In this document: positions 23,150-35,200 of the stretch, one piece after another
Layout of the letters: every line of letters begins with the position of its first letter
Numbering within the stretch: position 1 is the first letter of the stretch
Assembly: GCF_902713615.1 (NCBI RefSeq)
Contig: NC_052158.1
Location: 42,433,159 to 42,497,158 of the forward strand
Direction of reading: 5' to 3'
Source of the DNA: Scyliorhinus canicula
Lineage: Eukaryota
Length of the DNA stretch: 64,000 bases
Notes under the pieces: generated by a model
What the model saw: the letters and a program-made list of their open reading frames with translations, nothing else
Database searches by the model: none
What the model was told of the DNA's origin: nothing
Made by a program: the position numbers and the translations under genes

Positions 23150-24800
23150 ATGCCAAGATTGTGACCATGTACAAGAATAAGGGTGACTGCAATAGTTGCA
23201 GTAACTAGTGAGGCATCTCGCTGATTGGCATCGTGGAAAAGCATTTGTTTTTGTTGCTCTTGTCAGACTGCAGATCCTGACTGAATGTATCTACCCAGAA
23301 TTCCTGTGTGATTTCATGACTGGAAGATCTACAGGTGATGTGATCTTGTCCGTCCGGTAGCTACAAGAGAAATGCCATGAACAAATTAGACCACTATGTA
23401 TTGTCTTCATCAATCTGACCCAGACATTTGACAACATGAGCAGAGGAGGTCAGTTCAAGTTATTGGAGAAAAATTATCTCCTCTTTTCATGACTACTTGA
23501 TGTGCAAGGTTAGCTATCCCAGTGGGGTCAAACAGGGTTGTGTTTTAGCACCAACACTTATTAACTGAAGAGTTATCTTTGCTGTTGTCATATACCTTCA
23601 GTTCATTTACTAAAGGTGGCCGCTTAAACACAAGAATGAATGGAAAGAAATCCAGCCTTGCCAGTCTGAGACCGAAGATAAAGATACACCAAGGGCGGGA
23701 ATCGGCGGGGTGGGCAACTCCGGCGTGAAGAAGTGGCGTGAACCACGCCGGTGTCAGGCCGCCCTGAAGGGCGGCCACTCGACCCATTGCGGAATCCTCC
23801 GCACCTTCAGGGGCTCGGCTGGCGCCAGAGAGGTTTGCTCCGCGCCGGCCGCGCAAAAGGGGCTTGGCGCCACGCCAACCGGCGCCGAAGGGCCTTCGCC
23901 GACCGGCGTGAGTTGGCGCATGTGTGGGAGCACCAGCGTGTGCTGGCGTCATCTCAGCGCATACGCGGGGGGGGGGGTTCATCTCCGCGCCGGCCATCAC
24001 GGAGGTCCACAGCAGCCGACGCAGAAGAATAGAGTGCCCCCACGGCTTAGGCCCGCCCGCAGATCGGTGGGCCCCAATCGCGGGCCAGGCCACCGAGGGG
24101 GCACCTCCCGGGGCCAGATCCCCCCCCTACCGAGGACTCCAGAGGCCGCCCACGCAGCCAGGTCCTGCTGGTAAGTACCTGTTGTAATTTACGCCGGCAG
24201 GACCGGCCTAAAATGGGCGGCCACTCGGCCCATTGCGGGCGGAGAATCGCTGGGGGGGAGCCACTACTAGAGGCCGCCGACCGGTGCGATTCCCGCCCCG
24301 GCCAAATCTCTGGCGCCGGAGAATTCGGCAGCAGGTTTCACGGGGGGGGGGTCAGAGAATCCCGCCCCAAGTCCTCATTGGAGAGTTTTTCCACACTGAT
24401 GATGCTGCACTAACATTCCATACTGAGGAACACCTGCAGCAGCAAATGGATTCTGTCACACCTGTAAAGAGTTTGGTTTGACCATCAGAATCTGGTCCAG
24501 GATGTTGCCATTCTGTCATCTATTAGCATTGACGCTGGAGAATGTTCATAGCTTCACACATCAAGGCTTCGCAATCACCAACAATCTGTCACTTGATGCT
24601 GAAATCAACAAATACATCAGAAAAGCTGTAGCTGTTGTGTCCAAGCTGAGAAAGAGTGTGGAATAACAGCAACCTGACTGAGAACACCAAGCTGTGAATC
24701 TACCAATCTGTGCTCTCAGTGCACTCCTCTAGAATGGTGAGATCTGGAAAACACATGCTGGACAGCAGAAAAGGCTGAACAGTTTCCACTTTCACTGTCT
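23150..24800 (+). mobile_element. RTE-type LINE RT remnant, split by a MITE
   Basis: Degenerate LYIAFIDLTKAFD-like segment (about 23390-23440) and FHTDDAAL (about 24385-24410). Confidence 0.6.
23693..24367. mobile_element. MITE, GGGCGGGA TIR, 3-bp TSD CAA
   Basis: CAA|GGGCGGGAAT ... GAATCCCGCCC|CAA; internally homologous to 61009-61654. Confidence 0.88.
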
Positions 24801-25269
24801 TATGGATGGATTTATAACCTTGAAACTTTATTTCCTTTAACCGCCCAACCAATTTTCTTTTGGAATTATTTATTGTCTTTGCTTTCATCATCCTCGTCAG
24901 CAACGAGTTCTAGGTCAGTACCACTAATTGCATTAAAAAATGTTCCTTACTCACATTCCTCTTCCACAGCTTACTCAAAACCGTAAATCTGTATCTCCTG
25001 GACCTTGTACTGTCAACTAATGGTGTCATAAACACTTCAGTCACGGAAAATCATTCATCTTCAAGGACTAAGAACATTCTGTAAGAATTTTTTTTTAAAA
25101 AGACACTGTCCCAAGAATGGTTAATTCAGGGAGCCTGGTGGCCATTGTTCTTGGGACTGACAGAATTTCACAGGAAAAGGTAATTAAGCAGTTTTAAAGA
25201 TGCTGGAAATCTGTTGACTCTCGTGGACTGTTTTCAAAACATGGCAGTTCCCGGCTTTGAAAAAACCAA

Positions 25270-25770
25270 GGCCGGAATTCACCGGTCATTGCGATTCAAT
25301 TTTCTCACTGGCAGCATACTACCGCCAGTGGGTTTCCCGGCAGCATTGGGTGGCTACAATGGGAAATCAGCAAGAAGATAGAATCGCTCCAGCAGGCAAT
25401 GGCACATGGCCGAAAAACACGGCTGGCGGACCGGTGAATCCAGCCCCATATCTGGAAAACTGTGTTCAAAAGCCGGTCAGCTTTGGGGAGAAAACAAGAA
25501 GGATCAGCGGCACCAAGGACCCGGATTCGGTTCCCGACTTGGGTCACTATCTGTGTGGAGTCTGCACTTCTCTCTGTGTCTGTGTGGGTTTCCTCCGGGT
25601 GCTCTGGTTTCCTCCCAAAAGTCCCAAAAGACGTGCTGTTAGGTGAATTGGATATCTGAATTCTCCCTCAGTGTACCCGAACAGACGCCGGAATGTGGCG
25701 ACTGGGGGATTTTCACAGTAACTTCATTGCAGTGTTAATGCCAGCCTACTTGTGGAACTAATAAATAACT
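25270..25770 (+). mobile_element. Short MITE (25270-25446) followed by a second SINE type with a different 3' tail (about 25506-25770)
   Basis: GGCCGGAATTCACCGG ... CCGGTGAATCCAGCCC. The SINE has a V core and a tail GTGGCGACTGGGGGATTTTCACAGTAACTTCATTGCAGTGTTAATG..AATAAATAA. Confidence 0.7.
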
Positions 25771-26022
25771 GTTTGGGTGAAGAAGACAACAGTTCATGAA
25801 GCTCCAGACACAGTCCATGGAAGAAAGTGAAAGGGAGTTGCTCCAAAGTCGCACTACATTCGGAAATGGACTGACTGCAAGTTTTCCTCAAAAAGTAGGC
25901 AAGGGTCATTGACCAGTGCTGAGAACGTAACCGTATAACCTGGGCACCATTTCAAGGATACCATCATTTACCAAGTTCCTTTGAACCATTTACTTTTAAT
26001 CATTTGGCAGAATCCCTCTATT

Positions 26023-26689
26023 CGGGATTCTCCGAGCCCGCGCCAGTTCGGGGAATCGCCGTTCCCGCCAGAAATCCATGCCACGCCGATCTGACTCCGG
26101 TGACTGGAGAATTGGCGCCATTTGCGCCTGCGCGGTCATCGTGACGCCGGTCAGGGGCCACTGAAAGAGGCCCCCCGCGGCGATTCTCCACGGGCAACCA
26201 GCTGAACTCCTGCCGAGTTCCGCCGAGTCCCGCCGGCGTGGTTCCAACCTGGTACCACCCAGCGGGAGCTCGGACCCGTGGCTGTGGTGGACGTCCTGGT
26301 GGGGTGGCGAGGGGATCTGACTCCGGGGTGCTTCCACGGGATCCAGGCCCGGGAACGGGGGCTTCCAATCGGTGGGCTCCTGCGGTCTGGAGAGGGCCTA
26401 CCTCCTTCTGTGCGGGCCCGCTGTAGCTCTCTGCCATGTTGCTTGGCGCCGGCGCGGAGACGGCAACCACGCGCATGCGCCAGTGTGGAGACGGCCGTTG
26501 CGCTCATGCGCAAACCTGCGTCAGCCGTGCAGGGCCGCCTTTCAGCACCACAGCAGGCAGCACTCCGGCGCCGTGCTGGCCCCCTGAAGACCGCTAGATT
26601 GCCGGAGGAGGCCCGTTGACGCCGGCGTCCACCACTCCGGTGTTTATGCCGGCGTCAACACTAGGCCGGGATTTCGGAGAATCCCAGCC
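26023..26689. mobile_element. GC-rich MITE of the same TIR family
   Basis: CGGGATTCTCCG ... CGGAGAATCCCAGCC; similar internally to 3784-4595. Confidence 0.75.
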
Positions 26690-28048
26690 ATGGTATTTAG
26701 AAAGAATAATTATTATACTTCTTTATTTCATACTATATGTTACTAAGCTTTATTTCTCTACTTGACCACACTAGTATTATAATAAACTAATAATTTGTTT
26801 ATTGAAAAACCTGGGCATTGAGTGATCATTCTGAGATTAACGGGTAAAGCACATATTTGTTCATGTAGCTAGCTGAAAAAATAATTTAAATAGATATCTG
26901 ACCCATGGCATAGTAAGATGACCCATGGCATAGCATTAACAATGGGAACAGATTTTCCATTTCCCTTATCTAAATCTCTCCTAATCTTGTACTGGTCTAT
27001 AAAATTCCCCTCAGTATATTTTACTCCAAGGAAAACCACACCAGCTTCTCCAATCCAGTTTGCAGCTAAAATCCCTCATCCCTGGCTCAGGACAAGGTCA
27101 AAACCCAGATGTCCTGGAGTGTGCTAGCACCATCAGTACACACTAATTGCTTAAACAATGATGTCTGCACTGGTTCATCCATGTTCATTGGATGGATAAT
27201 GGCTGTCTATCCAAAGATCTGTATAGTGCGGCCACCACTGGATCCTGGACATCTCTGCCTCTGCAATAAGGACACCTGAATGCAGGATAGGACAATTGCG
27301 GTCATTGACAACTGAGAATTGGGAGACAGTCGACAACATCTGTGACCTGTGGAAGCTGATTTTTTGGAAGGACGTAGGAAGAGGTCAGCAGGAACAGTTA
27401 GCTCATATCCTTGAGAAGAGGGCTCAGAAAAAACAGAGGCCAGCGAATCCTGCACTTTCTCAGTTCACTACCTCCCTATGCACAATGCAGCAGAGACTGC
27501 CGTACCAGACAGGGGCTCCTGAGCCACACCAGGCGATGTTTAACATAAAGTCGACCATCATAGCATAATCACTTCATCAGATAGAAGGCTATAACCAATT
27601 CATGATTGTCCAGAATGTGTAATAAGGTCAGCAGCTACATGATCCTGGGAGAACTCAAACTGAGTGTTAACAAACAGGTTATTGCTGAGTAGGTGCTGCT
27701 TGATAGCACTGTCACCGACCCGTTCAATAACTTTGTTGATGATCAAGAGTAGACTCACGGGTCGGTAATTGTCTGCATTGGATTTGTCTTGTTTCTTGTG
27801 TACAGGACATACTGGGGCAATTTCCCAAATTGCCAGTGTTGTAGCTGTATTTGAACAGCATGACTGGGGGCACAGGAAGTTCTGGGGCATAGGTCTTCAG
27901 TACTATTGCCAGAATATTGTCAGGGATCCTTTGCAGTATCCCGTGCCTTCAACCATTTCTTGACATCATGTGGAGTGAATCAGACTGGTTGGAGACTGGA
28001 ATCTCTGATGGTGGGGACCTCTGGAGGAGGTTGGGATGGACCATCAGT

Positions 28049-28345
28049 GGGCAGCACAGTGGCACAATGGTTAGCACTGCTGCCGCACAGCACCAGGCCC
28101 TCGGGTGACTGTGTGGAGTTTGCACTTTCTCCCCGTGTCTGCGTGCGTTTCCTCCGGGTGCTCCGGTTTCCTCCCACAGTTCAAAGATGTGAAGGTTAGG
28201 AGGATTAGTTATGATCAATTGCCCCAAAGTGTCCAAAGGTTAGGTGGGGTTACGGGATAGGGTGAGGGAGTGGGCCTAGATACAGTCCTCTTTCGGAGGG
28301 TCGGTGCAAATGGGCCGAATGGCCTCCTTTTGCACTGTCGGGATT
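28049..28345 (+). mobile_element. HE1/V-SINE-like SINE in a minus-strand LINE remnant (about 27570-28820)
   Basis: GGGCAGCACAGTGGCACAATGGTTAGC head, V core; B-box region deleted. Confidence 0.82.
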
Positions 28346-29344
28346 CACTCAGCACTTCTGAAGAGTGTGTGAATGCTTCAGCCTTGCATTTTGCACAGAT
28401 TTGCTGGCCTCCTCCATCTTTGGATGGGGGTATTTGTGGAGCCTCCTCCACCAGTGAATTGTTTAATTGTCCACCACCATTCATGGCTGGATGTGGCAGG
28501 ACTGCAGAGCTTAGATCTGATTTATTGGTTGTGGAATCGCTTAGCTCTGTCTATCACTTGCTGCTTATGTTTTAGCATGCAGGTAGTCCTTGTTGTAGCT
28601 TCACCAGGTCAACATCTCATATTAAGGTTAGCCTGGTGTTGCTCCTGGCATGCTCTCTTGCATTCTTCATTGAACCAGGGTTGATCCTCTGGCTTGGTGG
28701 TAATGGCAGTGGGGGATATGCCGGGCCATGAGGTTACAGATTGTGGTTGAATACAATTATGCTGCTGCTGATGGCCCACAGTGCCTCATGGATGCCCAGA
28801 CTTGAGCTGGTAAATCTGTTTGAAATCTATTTCATTCGACAAATACAGCATGATTTTTGATTTTTAAAAATTAATTTACGGGATATGGCCTGGCTGGCTA
28901 GACCAATATTTATCATCCATCTGTATTTTCCCTTGAGAAGGTGGTGGGAGCTATCTTGATGAATTGCTGCATTCCCTGTGGTGTAGATACACCCACAGTG
29001 CTGTTCGGAAAGTAGTTCCTGGATTTTACCCAGTGACAGTGAAGACACAGCCATATAATAAAATGACAGGGTTGGTGTTACCATGTATCTGCTGCATTTG
29101 CCCTTCTAGCTGGAGCCTTAGTGAGTTTCTACAGTGCATGTTGTAGATAGTTCCCTGCTGGTATTGTGTAGTGGTGGTGGAGGGAATAATGAAAGGTATC
29201 CTCAACATGAAGGTACAGTAGTCCCCCGTTATAACGCGCCCCGCAATACCGCGGTTCGCGATATACGGCGGGGGGGGGGGGGGTTTATGGACCCCAACTT
29301 ACTTGACTCATTTTAAACTCTTTTTGAAACAGCACCTTTTTGAG

Positions 29345-29659
29345 CCGCGATGATTAGACCGATTAGCAGCGATGATTACCCGCGATGATTAGACCGATTA
29401 GCAGCGATGATTACCCGCGATGATTAGACCGATTAGCAGCGATGATTACCCGCGATGATTAGACCGATTAGCAGCGATGATTACCCGCGATGATTAGACC
29501 GATTAGCAGCGATGATTACCCGCGATGATTAGACCGATTAGCAGCGATGATTACCCGCGATGATTAGACCGATTAGCAGCGATGATTACCCGCGATGATT
29601 AGACCGATTAGCAGCGATGATTACCCGCGATGATTAGACCGATTAGCAGCGATGATTAC
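29345..29659 (+). repeat. Perfect tandem array, 9 x 35 bp (CCGCGATGATTAGACCGATTAGCAGCGATGATTAC), inside the Tigger 5' region
   Basis: 315 bp = 9 identical units by inspection; degenerate partial units follow at about 29672-29707. Confidence 0.95.
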
Positions 29660-29778
29660 TGTACTGTAGAACGATTAGCCGCGATGAGTAGCCGCGACCG
29701 ATTAGCCCAGTTACACAGCCATAAAAGGGATACCTTTTCCAGTGCAGGTATCTTCGAGTTCAGTTGCTGTCGTTCAAA

Positions 29779-31446
29779 ATGTTTAAGCGCAAGTCTTACT
29801 CAGTGAGTCAAAAGATACATTTGATAGACCGGCTTCGAAACGGGGAAACGAAGGCAAAATTATCCAGAGAGACTGGTGTACCAGAGTCAACCCTCCATGG
29901 GTGGGTGAAAGATGAGCCCAATTTAAGAGCATATGTTGGGACAGTTTCTCAGAGTGAAGGGCTTAGCAGGAAAAAGGCAAGGAACGCTAGTGACAGTAAC
30001 TTAGAGAAGGCTGTGTTCACCTGGTTTGTCCAGGAACAGTCTGGTGGCACCCCCCTATCTGGACCTATCATCAGGACTCAGGCTGAGAAGTTCCATCACC
30101 AGCTCCACCTAGAGGACAGCAATTTCGTAGCCAGCAAGGGTTGGCTCCATCGGTTCCAGAAAAGACATGGGATAGGTGCAGTTGCCATCAGTGGTGAACA
30201 GAGATCCGCCGACTCAGGAGCCGCAGCAGCCTTTCCCGACATCCTCAAGAACTACATGGTGCAAGAGGAGCTGACCCCAGAGCAACTCTACAATGCAGAT
30301 GAGTCAGGGCTTTACTGGAAGATGCTGCCTGACAAGACCCTAGCTGTCAAGGATGATGCCCACAAGACTCTGGGGTACAAGCAAGCCAAGAACAGGCTCA
30401 CCATCCTGTTTGCCAGCAATGCCACGGGAACACACAAGCTGAAGCCATTGATTGTGGGCAAATTCAAGTCTCCTAGATGCTTTCACCACATCAACATAGA
30501 GAACCTACCCATTACCTACCGGAACTCTGGCAAAGCCTGGATGACAGCTTCCTTATTTGAGGAGTGGTTCTTCAAGTTCTTCGTACCCAGTGTCAGGGAC
30601 CACCTTAGAGCCCGCAACTTACCGCAGAAGGCCACACTCCTACTGGACAACTGCTCAGCCCACCCTCAGGGAGATGTTCTCAAGACCAGGGATGGGCAGA
30701 TCCAAGTGCTCTATCTCCCAAAGAACACCACCAGCAAGATCCAGCCATGTGATGCTGGCATCATTCAGACCTTCAAGTCTGTGTACAAAAAGGAACTGAC
30801 CCTGGAAATGATAGACTCTCCTCTCACTGTCCCAGATTACCTGAAAGCCATCACCATCAAGGATGCCTGTTATCTGGCAGGGAAGGCCTGGGGAGCTGTG
30901 ACAGAGAAGACCATCGCCAACTGCTGGAACAAGGCCCTAGGAGCAGCACTCCCACGACCCCAACATTACCCGGATGAAGAGGATTTCGTAGGCTTTACTG
31001 AAGCAGAGATCAGGGCAGCTGAGGAGAGGCTAGAGGACCAACTGGATGAGAACCTAACACTCCAGGATTGGGTGGACAGGTGGGCAGCAGCAGAGGATGA
31101 CATGGCACCCGCAGAAACATTCACAGAGGAGGAGATCATCGACCAGGTCACGCAAGAGGAGGCAGAAGAAGAAGAAGAACCCCAGCCCACAGTGGCAAAG
31201 AGCCACTCGGATGCCATCACGCACCTGAAGTGGCTCATAGCATACACAGAGCAGCAAGACTTCGACCCGATATACATCCTGCACCTGAAGAACCTCCAGA
31301 GACAAGCACAAGTCAAGATGAGGAAGGGGATACATGTGCCAGAGGAAACTCACAGACTTTTTAAAATGATTTTTAAAAATATGCGTGTAAGTACAATTTT
31401 AAGTATATTATTGTATGTATACTGTATATTATTGTATATATTTTAA
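29779..31446 (+). CDS. Tigger/pogo transposase (CENP-B-type HTH domains + DDE_1 domain, DD34D), open except a probable +1 frameshift in the last about 10 codons
   Basis: HTH (SRETGVPESTLHGW), HTH_Tnp_Tc5 (WF..PLSGPII..A, ASKGWLHRFQKRHGI), YNADESG, LLLDNCSAH, IQPCDAGII, acidic tail. The +1 frame ends QRKLTDFLK* (TGA 31367-31369), a typical Tigger C-terminus. Confidence 0.9.
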   Translation: MFKRKSYSVSQKIHLIDRLRNGETKAKLSRETGVPESTLHGWVKDEPNLRAYVGTVSQSEGLSRKKARNASDSNLEKAVFTWFVQEQSGGTPLSGPIIRTQAEKFHHQLHLEDSNFVASKGWLHRFQKRHGIGAVAISGEQRSADSGAAAAFPDILKNYMVQEELTPEQLYNADESGLYWKMLPDKTLAVKDDAHKTLGYKQAKNRLTILFASNATGTHKLKPLIVGKFKSPRCFHHINIENLPITYRNSGKAWMTASLFEEWFFKFFVPSVRDHLRARNLPQKATLLLDNCSAHPQGDVLKTRDGQIQVLYLPKNTTSKIQPCDAGIIQTFKSVYKKELTLEMIDSPLTVPDYLKAITIKDACYLAGKAWGAVTEKTIANCWNKALGAALPRPQHYPDEEDFVGFTEAEIRAAEERLEDQLDENLTLQDWVDRWAAAEDDMAPAETFTEEEIIDQVTQEEAEEEEEPQPTVAKSHSDAITHLKWLIAYTEQQDFDPIYILHLKNLQRQAQVKMRKGIHVPEETHRLFKMIFKNMRVSTILSILLYVYCILLYIF

Positions 31447-31633
31447 TAAATTTAAAACTTGATTTAAGACTTGAACGAACTTTGCTGTTTCTTATTTAAA
31501 ACGCCCTTCCATTCAGCAATGTTCAGCACAGTCAGCGATGTTTCCTCTCGTTCATTCATTTGGATATCTGCCATCTTGGATATCCGCGGCTCGGTTACAA
31601 CGCGGTTGGCTGTCTTGGACCCGAACACCCGCG

Positions 31634-31905
31634 GCTGGGTCACTGTCTGTGTGGAGTCTGCACGTCCTCCCCGTGTGTGCGTGGGTTTCCTCCGGGTGCT
31701 CCGGTTTCCTCCCACAGTCCAAAGATGTGTGGGTTAGGTGGATTGGCCATGCTAAATTGCCCGTAGTGTCCTAATAAAGTAAGGTTAAGGGGGGGTTATT
31801 GGGTTACGGGGATAGGGTGGTTACGTGGGTTTGAGTAGGGTGATCATGGCTCGGCACAACATCGAGGGCCGAAGGGCCTGTTCTGTGCTGTACGGTTCTA
31901 TGTTC
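31634..31905 (+). mobile_element. 5'-truncated HE1/V-SINE-like SINE inserted inside the right TIR of the Tigger element
   Basis: The left end reads CAGTAGTCCCCCGTTATAACGCG; the right end reads CGCG[SINE]TATAACGGGGGACTACTG. Confidence 0.85.
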
Positions 31906-33165
31906 TATAACGGGGGACTACTGTAGTAATCTTTTTTCTCCACAAAGGCTGTGTGGTGTTGGACCCTACCATATTGTCATGGACAGATGCATCTGTGGCA
32001 GGTTGATTGGTGAGGATGAGCAGTGATGCCAGTGGATTGAAGGATTTAACAGAAGGGAAAAGCAAACAGGTGCCATTTACAAGACATTCATGCTCGAGTT
32101 GGGGAAGATCTCAGAATTGATAATCGGGGACAAAAAACCAACTACTCACAGACTACAGTCTATGTTCTAGTAATGAAATTCTCTGCATCGAAATGCAACC
32201 TCCAAAAATACATTCTGCCTGGCAACAGATGACATAACTCAGATGTTTAATTTCATTGGCTAAGCATGTTTTTCTAACATATTTAATGACACTTGACAGA
32301 TTAAGCAATTGCAGTAAATCTGTTGATTTGCTGTTTGTAGTGGGGGATTTTCCACTCATGCCCTTCCCCCTCCCTGCAAACTGGAACTGAAGCGGAACTG
32401 TCTTTGCAGCTCTGTGTTTCTCAATCTAGACATACCAGCGTCTAAAGAATAAACTCCCGCCTACCACCTTCCACCTGGCAAAACCTGTTCTCATTCTGAA
32501 CAAATTTCCCCTGAAACTCCACTCTTTTCCTCCAAATGAAAGGAATACCTGCTGTGGGTATCTGCATGGCTCCGAGCAATGCCTGCCTTTTTGTGGGATA
32601 TGTGGAACATTCCTTATCCCTACTCAGGCCCCCATTCTCCTTTTTTCCCCAGTGCAATGCAGCTTCAATGGAGTTACTGTGAAAGGCCCCTAGTCGCCAC
32701 ATTCAGACGCCTGTTTGGGGAGGCTGATACAGGAATTGAACCGTGCTACTGGCCTGCCTTGGTCTGCTTTAAAAGCCAGCGATTTAGCCCAGTGTGCTAA
32801 ACCAGCCCCAAAACTTACATCTTTCCAATTTTCACCCATCACCTTCACCTATTCCATCTCTGACCCTTTGAACCCTTAACTCCTCCATTGTTTTCAGGGA
32901 AGGCTATGAAGGAAAATTCACTAGATTTACACACAAACATAGGAATTAGGAACAGTCGAGTACTCAACCCGACATTCAACCCGAATCCTTGATCTGATTG
33001 TAACGTCAACTCCAAATTCCTGCCTTCCCCCGATAACCTTTTACCCCATTGTTAATCAAGAATCTATCTACTTCTATCTTAAAATATTCAAAGATTCAAA
33101 GAAGAAAGTTCCAAAGACTCATGACCCTTTTAGAGGAAAATGTTCCCCTCATCTCTCTCTTAAAT

Positions 33166-33735
33166 GGACGAATTCTCGGGAGTGATTCAGTGGAGTTGAG
33201 TTAAAATAGAAAAACACCGCACTTTGCAAAATCCCAAAGGCACTTTGGTGTTTTTCTTTGGCCTAGCTGAGGAACTCCACATCGAGGCCACTCTTTTAGT
33301 AATTTCTACTACTCGTGGACTGGGATGCCATTTTAAAAGGAGCCCCAATCCATCAACACCCCCACCCCCCACAACTTCACCCAATTTACCTCTTCCGGGG
33401 TCCTTGAGTCCCTCCTCATCCCACCTCTTGTGGGAAAGACCCCCACCAGGCCTGACCCTTGGCATGGGTAACCTTTCACCTTGGCACTGTCAGCATAGCG
33501 AGGGTTGCACTGCCAGGGTGCCTGGGTGGCAGTGTCAAGGTGCTAAGCCAGCAGTGCCAAAATGCCCAGGTGATGGGGGAGTACCAGGGTGTCACTCTGC
33601 CTAGTGCCTGACCACCCGGGGGCCTCAACCTTCCCCCCCCCCAGTTGAGGCTCTGCTGGGGAGGCAGATGAATCCCGGGCCCCAGGTGAATCTGGCAAAC
33701 ACACATTTCAATGAGACTAATGGATCATTTAAATA
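33166..33735. mobile_element. Truncated MITE related to 45416-46222 and about 59830-60390
   Basis: Shared blocks TGGCACTGCCAGG/GGCAGTGCCA and TGGGATGCCATTTT(T)AAA; only one terminus is recognisable. Confidence 0.55.
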
Positions 33736-34199
33736 GGCCACCTACATCTTGTCCAGCAAGCTGAGCCTATCCAACCTTTCCTCAACAGGCAACTCACCCA
33801 TTCCAGGTATTAATCTAGTAAACATTCTCTGAACTGCTTCCAATTCATTTCCTCAAATAAGGTGACCAATACTGTATACATTACTCCAAATGTGATCTCA
33901 TTAGTGCTCTGTACAACTGAAGCATAACCTCCCTACTTTAGTATTCAATTCCCCTTGAAATAAATGATAACATTCTATTAGATTTACTAATTATTTTCTG
34001 TACCTGTATACTAGCATTTAGTGATTTATACAGGAGAAGACCCAAATCCCACTCCATCTCAAGAGCTCTGCAATCTCTTACCATTTAGATAATAAGCTTC
34101 TCTTTTTTTCCTCCTGCCAAAATGGACAATTTCACATTTTCTCACATTAAACTCCATTGCTCATTCATTTAACCTATCTATGTCCATTTGTAGCCATCA

Positions 34200-35200
34200 T
34201 ATGTTGCCAATGGCAGATGCAATATAATTTGGATAAGTGTGAGGTTATTCACTTTGGTAACAAAAACAGGAAGTCAGATTACTCCCTGAATGGTTGTAAA
34301 TTGGGAGAGGAGAGTGTACAGTGGGACCTGGGTGTCCTTGTGCTGAAGGTAAGCATGCAGGTGCAGCAGGCGGTAAAGACGGCTAATGGTATGTTGGCCT
34401 TCATTGCGAGAGGTTTCGAGTACAGAAGCTGGGATGTGTTGTTGCAATTATACAGGGCCTTGGTGAGGTCACACCTCGAATATTGTGCGCCGTTTTGGTC
34501 TCCTTTTCTTTTCTTTTTTTTAAATAAATTTAGATTAGCCAATTATTTTTTCCAATTAAGCGTGGCCAATCCACCTACTCTGCACATTTTTGGGTTGTGG
34601 GGGCGAAACCCACGCAGACACGGGGAGAACGTGCAAACTCCACACGGACAGTGACCCAGAGCCGGGATCGAACCTGGGACCTCAGCGCCGTGAGGCAGTT
34701 GTGCTAACCACTAGGCCACCGTGCTGCCCTTTGGTCTCCTTTTCTGACCAACCTGTTTCCAATGGATCATCCGCCATTTCACTCACCTCCAACATAGCGA
34801 CATCATGAACTGCATCTTCCTCACCACCCCACTTTCAGCATTTTAATGAAACCTTTCCCTCCACAACATGGCATGGTGACACAGTGGTTAGCACTGCTGC
34901 CTTACAACACCAGGGACTCGGGTTCAATTCCCAGCTTGGGTCACTGTCTGTGTGGAGTTGGCACATTCTCCCCGTGTCTGCATGGGTTTCCTCCAGGTGC
35001 TTTGGTCTCTTCCCACAGTCCAAAGACGTGCAGGTTAAATAGATTGGCCATGCTAAATTGCCCCTTGGTGTCCAAATAGGTGTAGGTTAGGGGTTACGGG
35101 GTTACGGGGACAGGGTGAGAAAGTGGGCCTGGGTGAGGTGCTCTTGAGAGTTGGTGCAGACTTGATTGACTGAATTGTCTCCTTCTGCACTGCAGGGGTT
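34200..35200. mobile_element. CR1 fragment (34200-34509, +), young SINE with 16-bp TSD (34510-34729, -), and an older SINE (about 34865-35195, +)
   Basis: CEVIHFG...YCAPFWSP (CR1). TSD TTTGGTCTCCTTTTCT at 34494-34509 and 34730-34745. The 34510 SINE is nearly identical to 4016-4242. Confidence 0.85.

Larger units (their letters stand above)
29216..31923 (+). mobile_element. pogo/Tigger (Tc1-mariner superfamily) DNA transposon
   Basis: TA|CAGTAGTCCCCCGTTATA ... TATAACGGGGGACTACTG|TA: 18 bp of perfect terminal inverted repeat with a TA target duplication. Confidence 0.95.

Noticed and set aside
24900-25080. Apparent splice sites and exon
   Set aside because: The sequence resembles a degenerate minus-strand CR1 3' end.
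29345-29659. 35-bp repeat array as a CRISPR array
   Set aside because: Units are head-to-tail with no unique spacers, there are no cas genes, and the context is a eukaryotic transposon.
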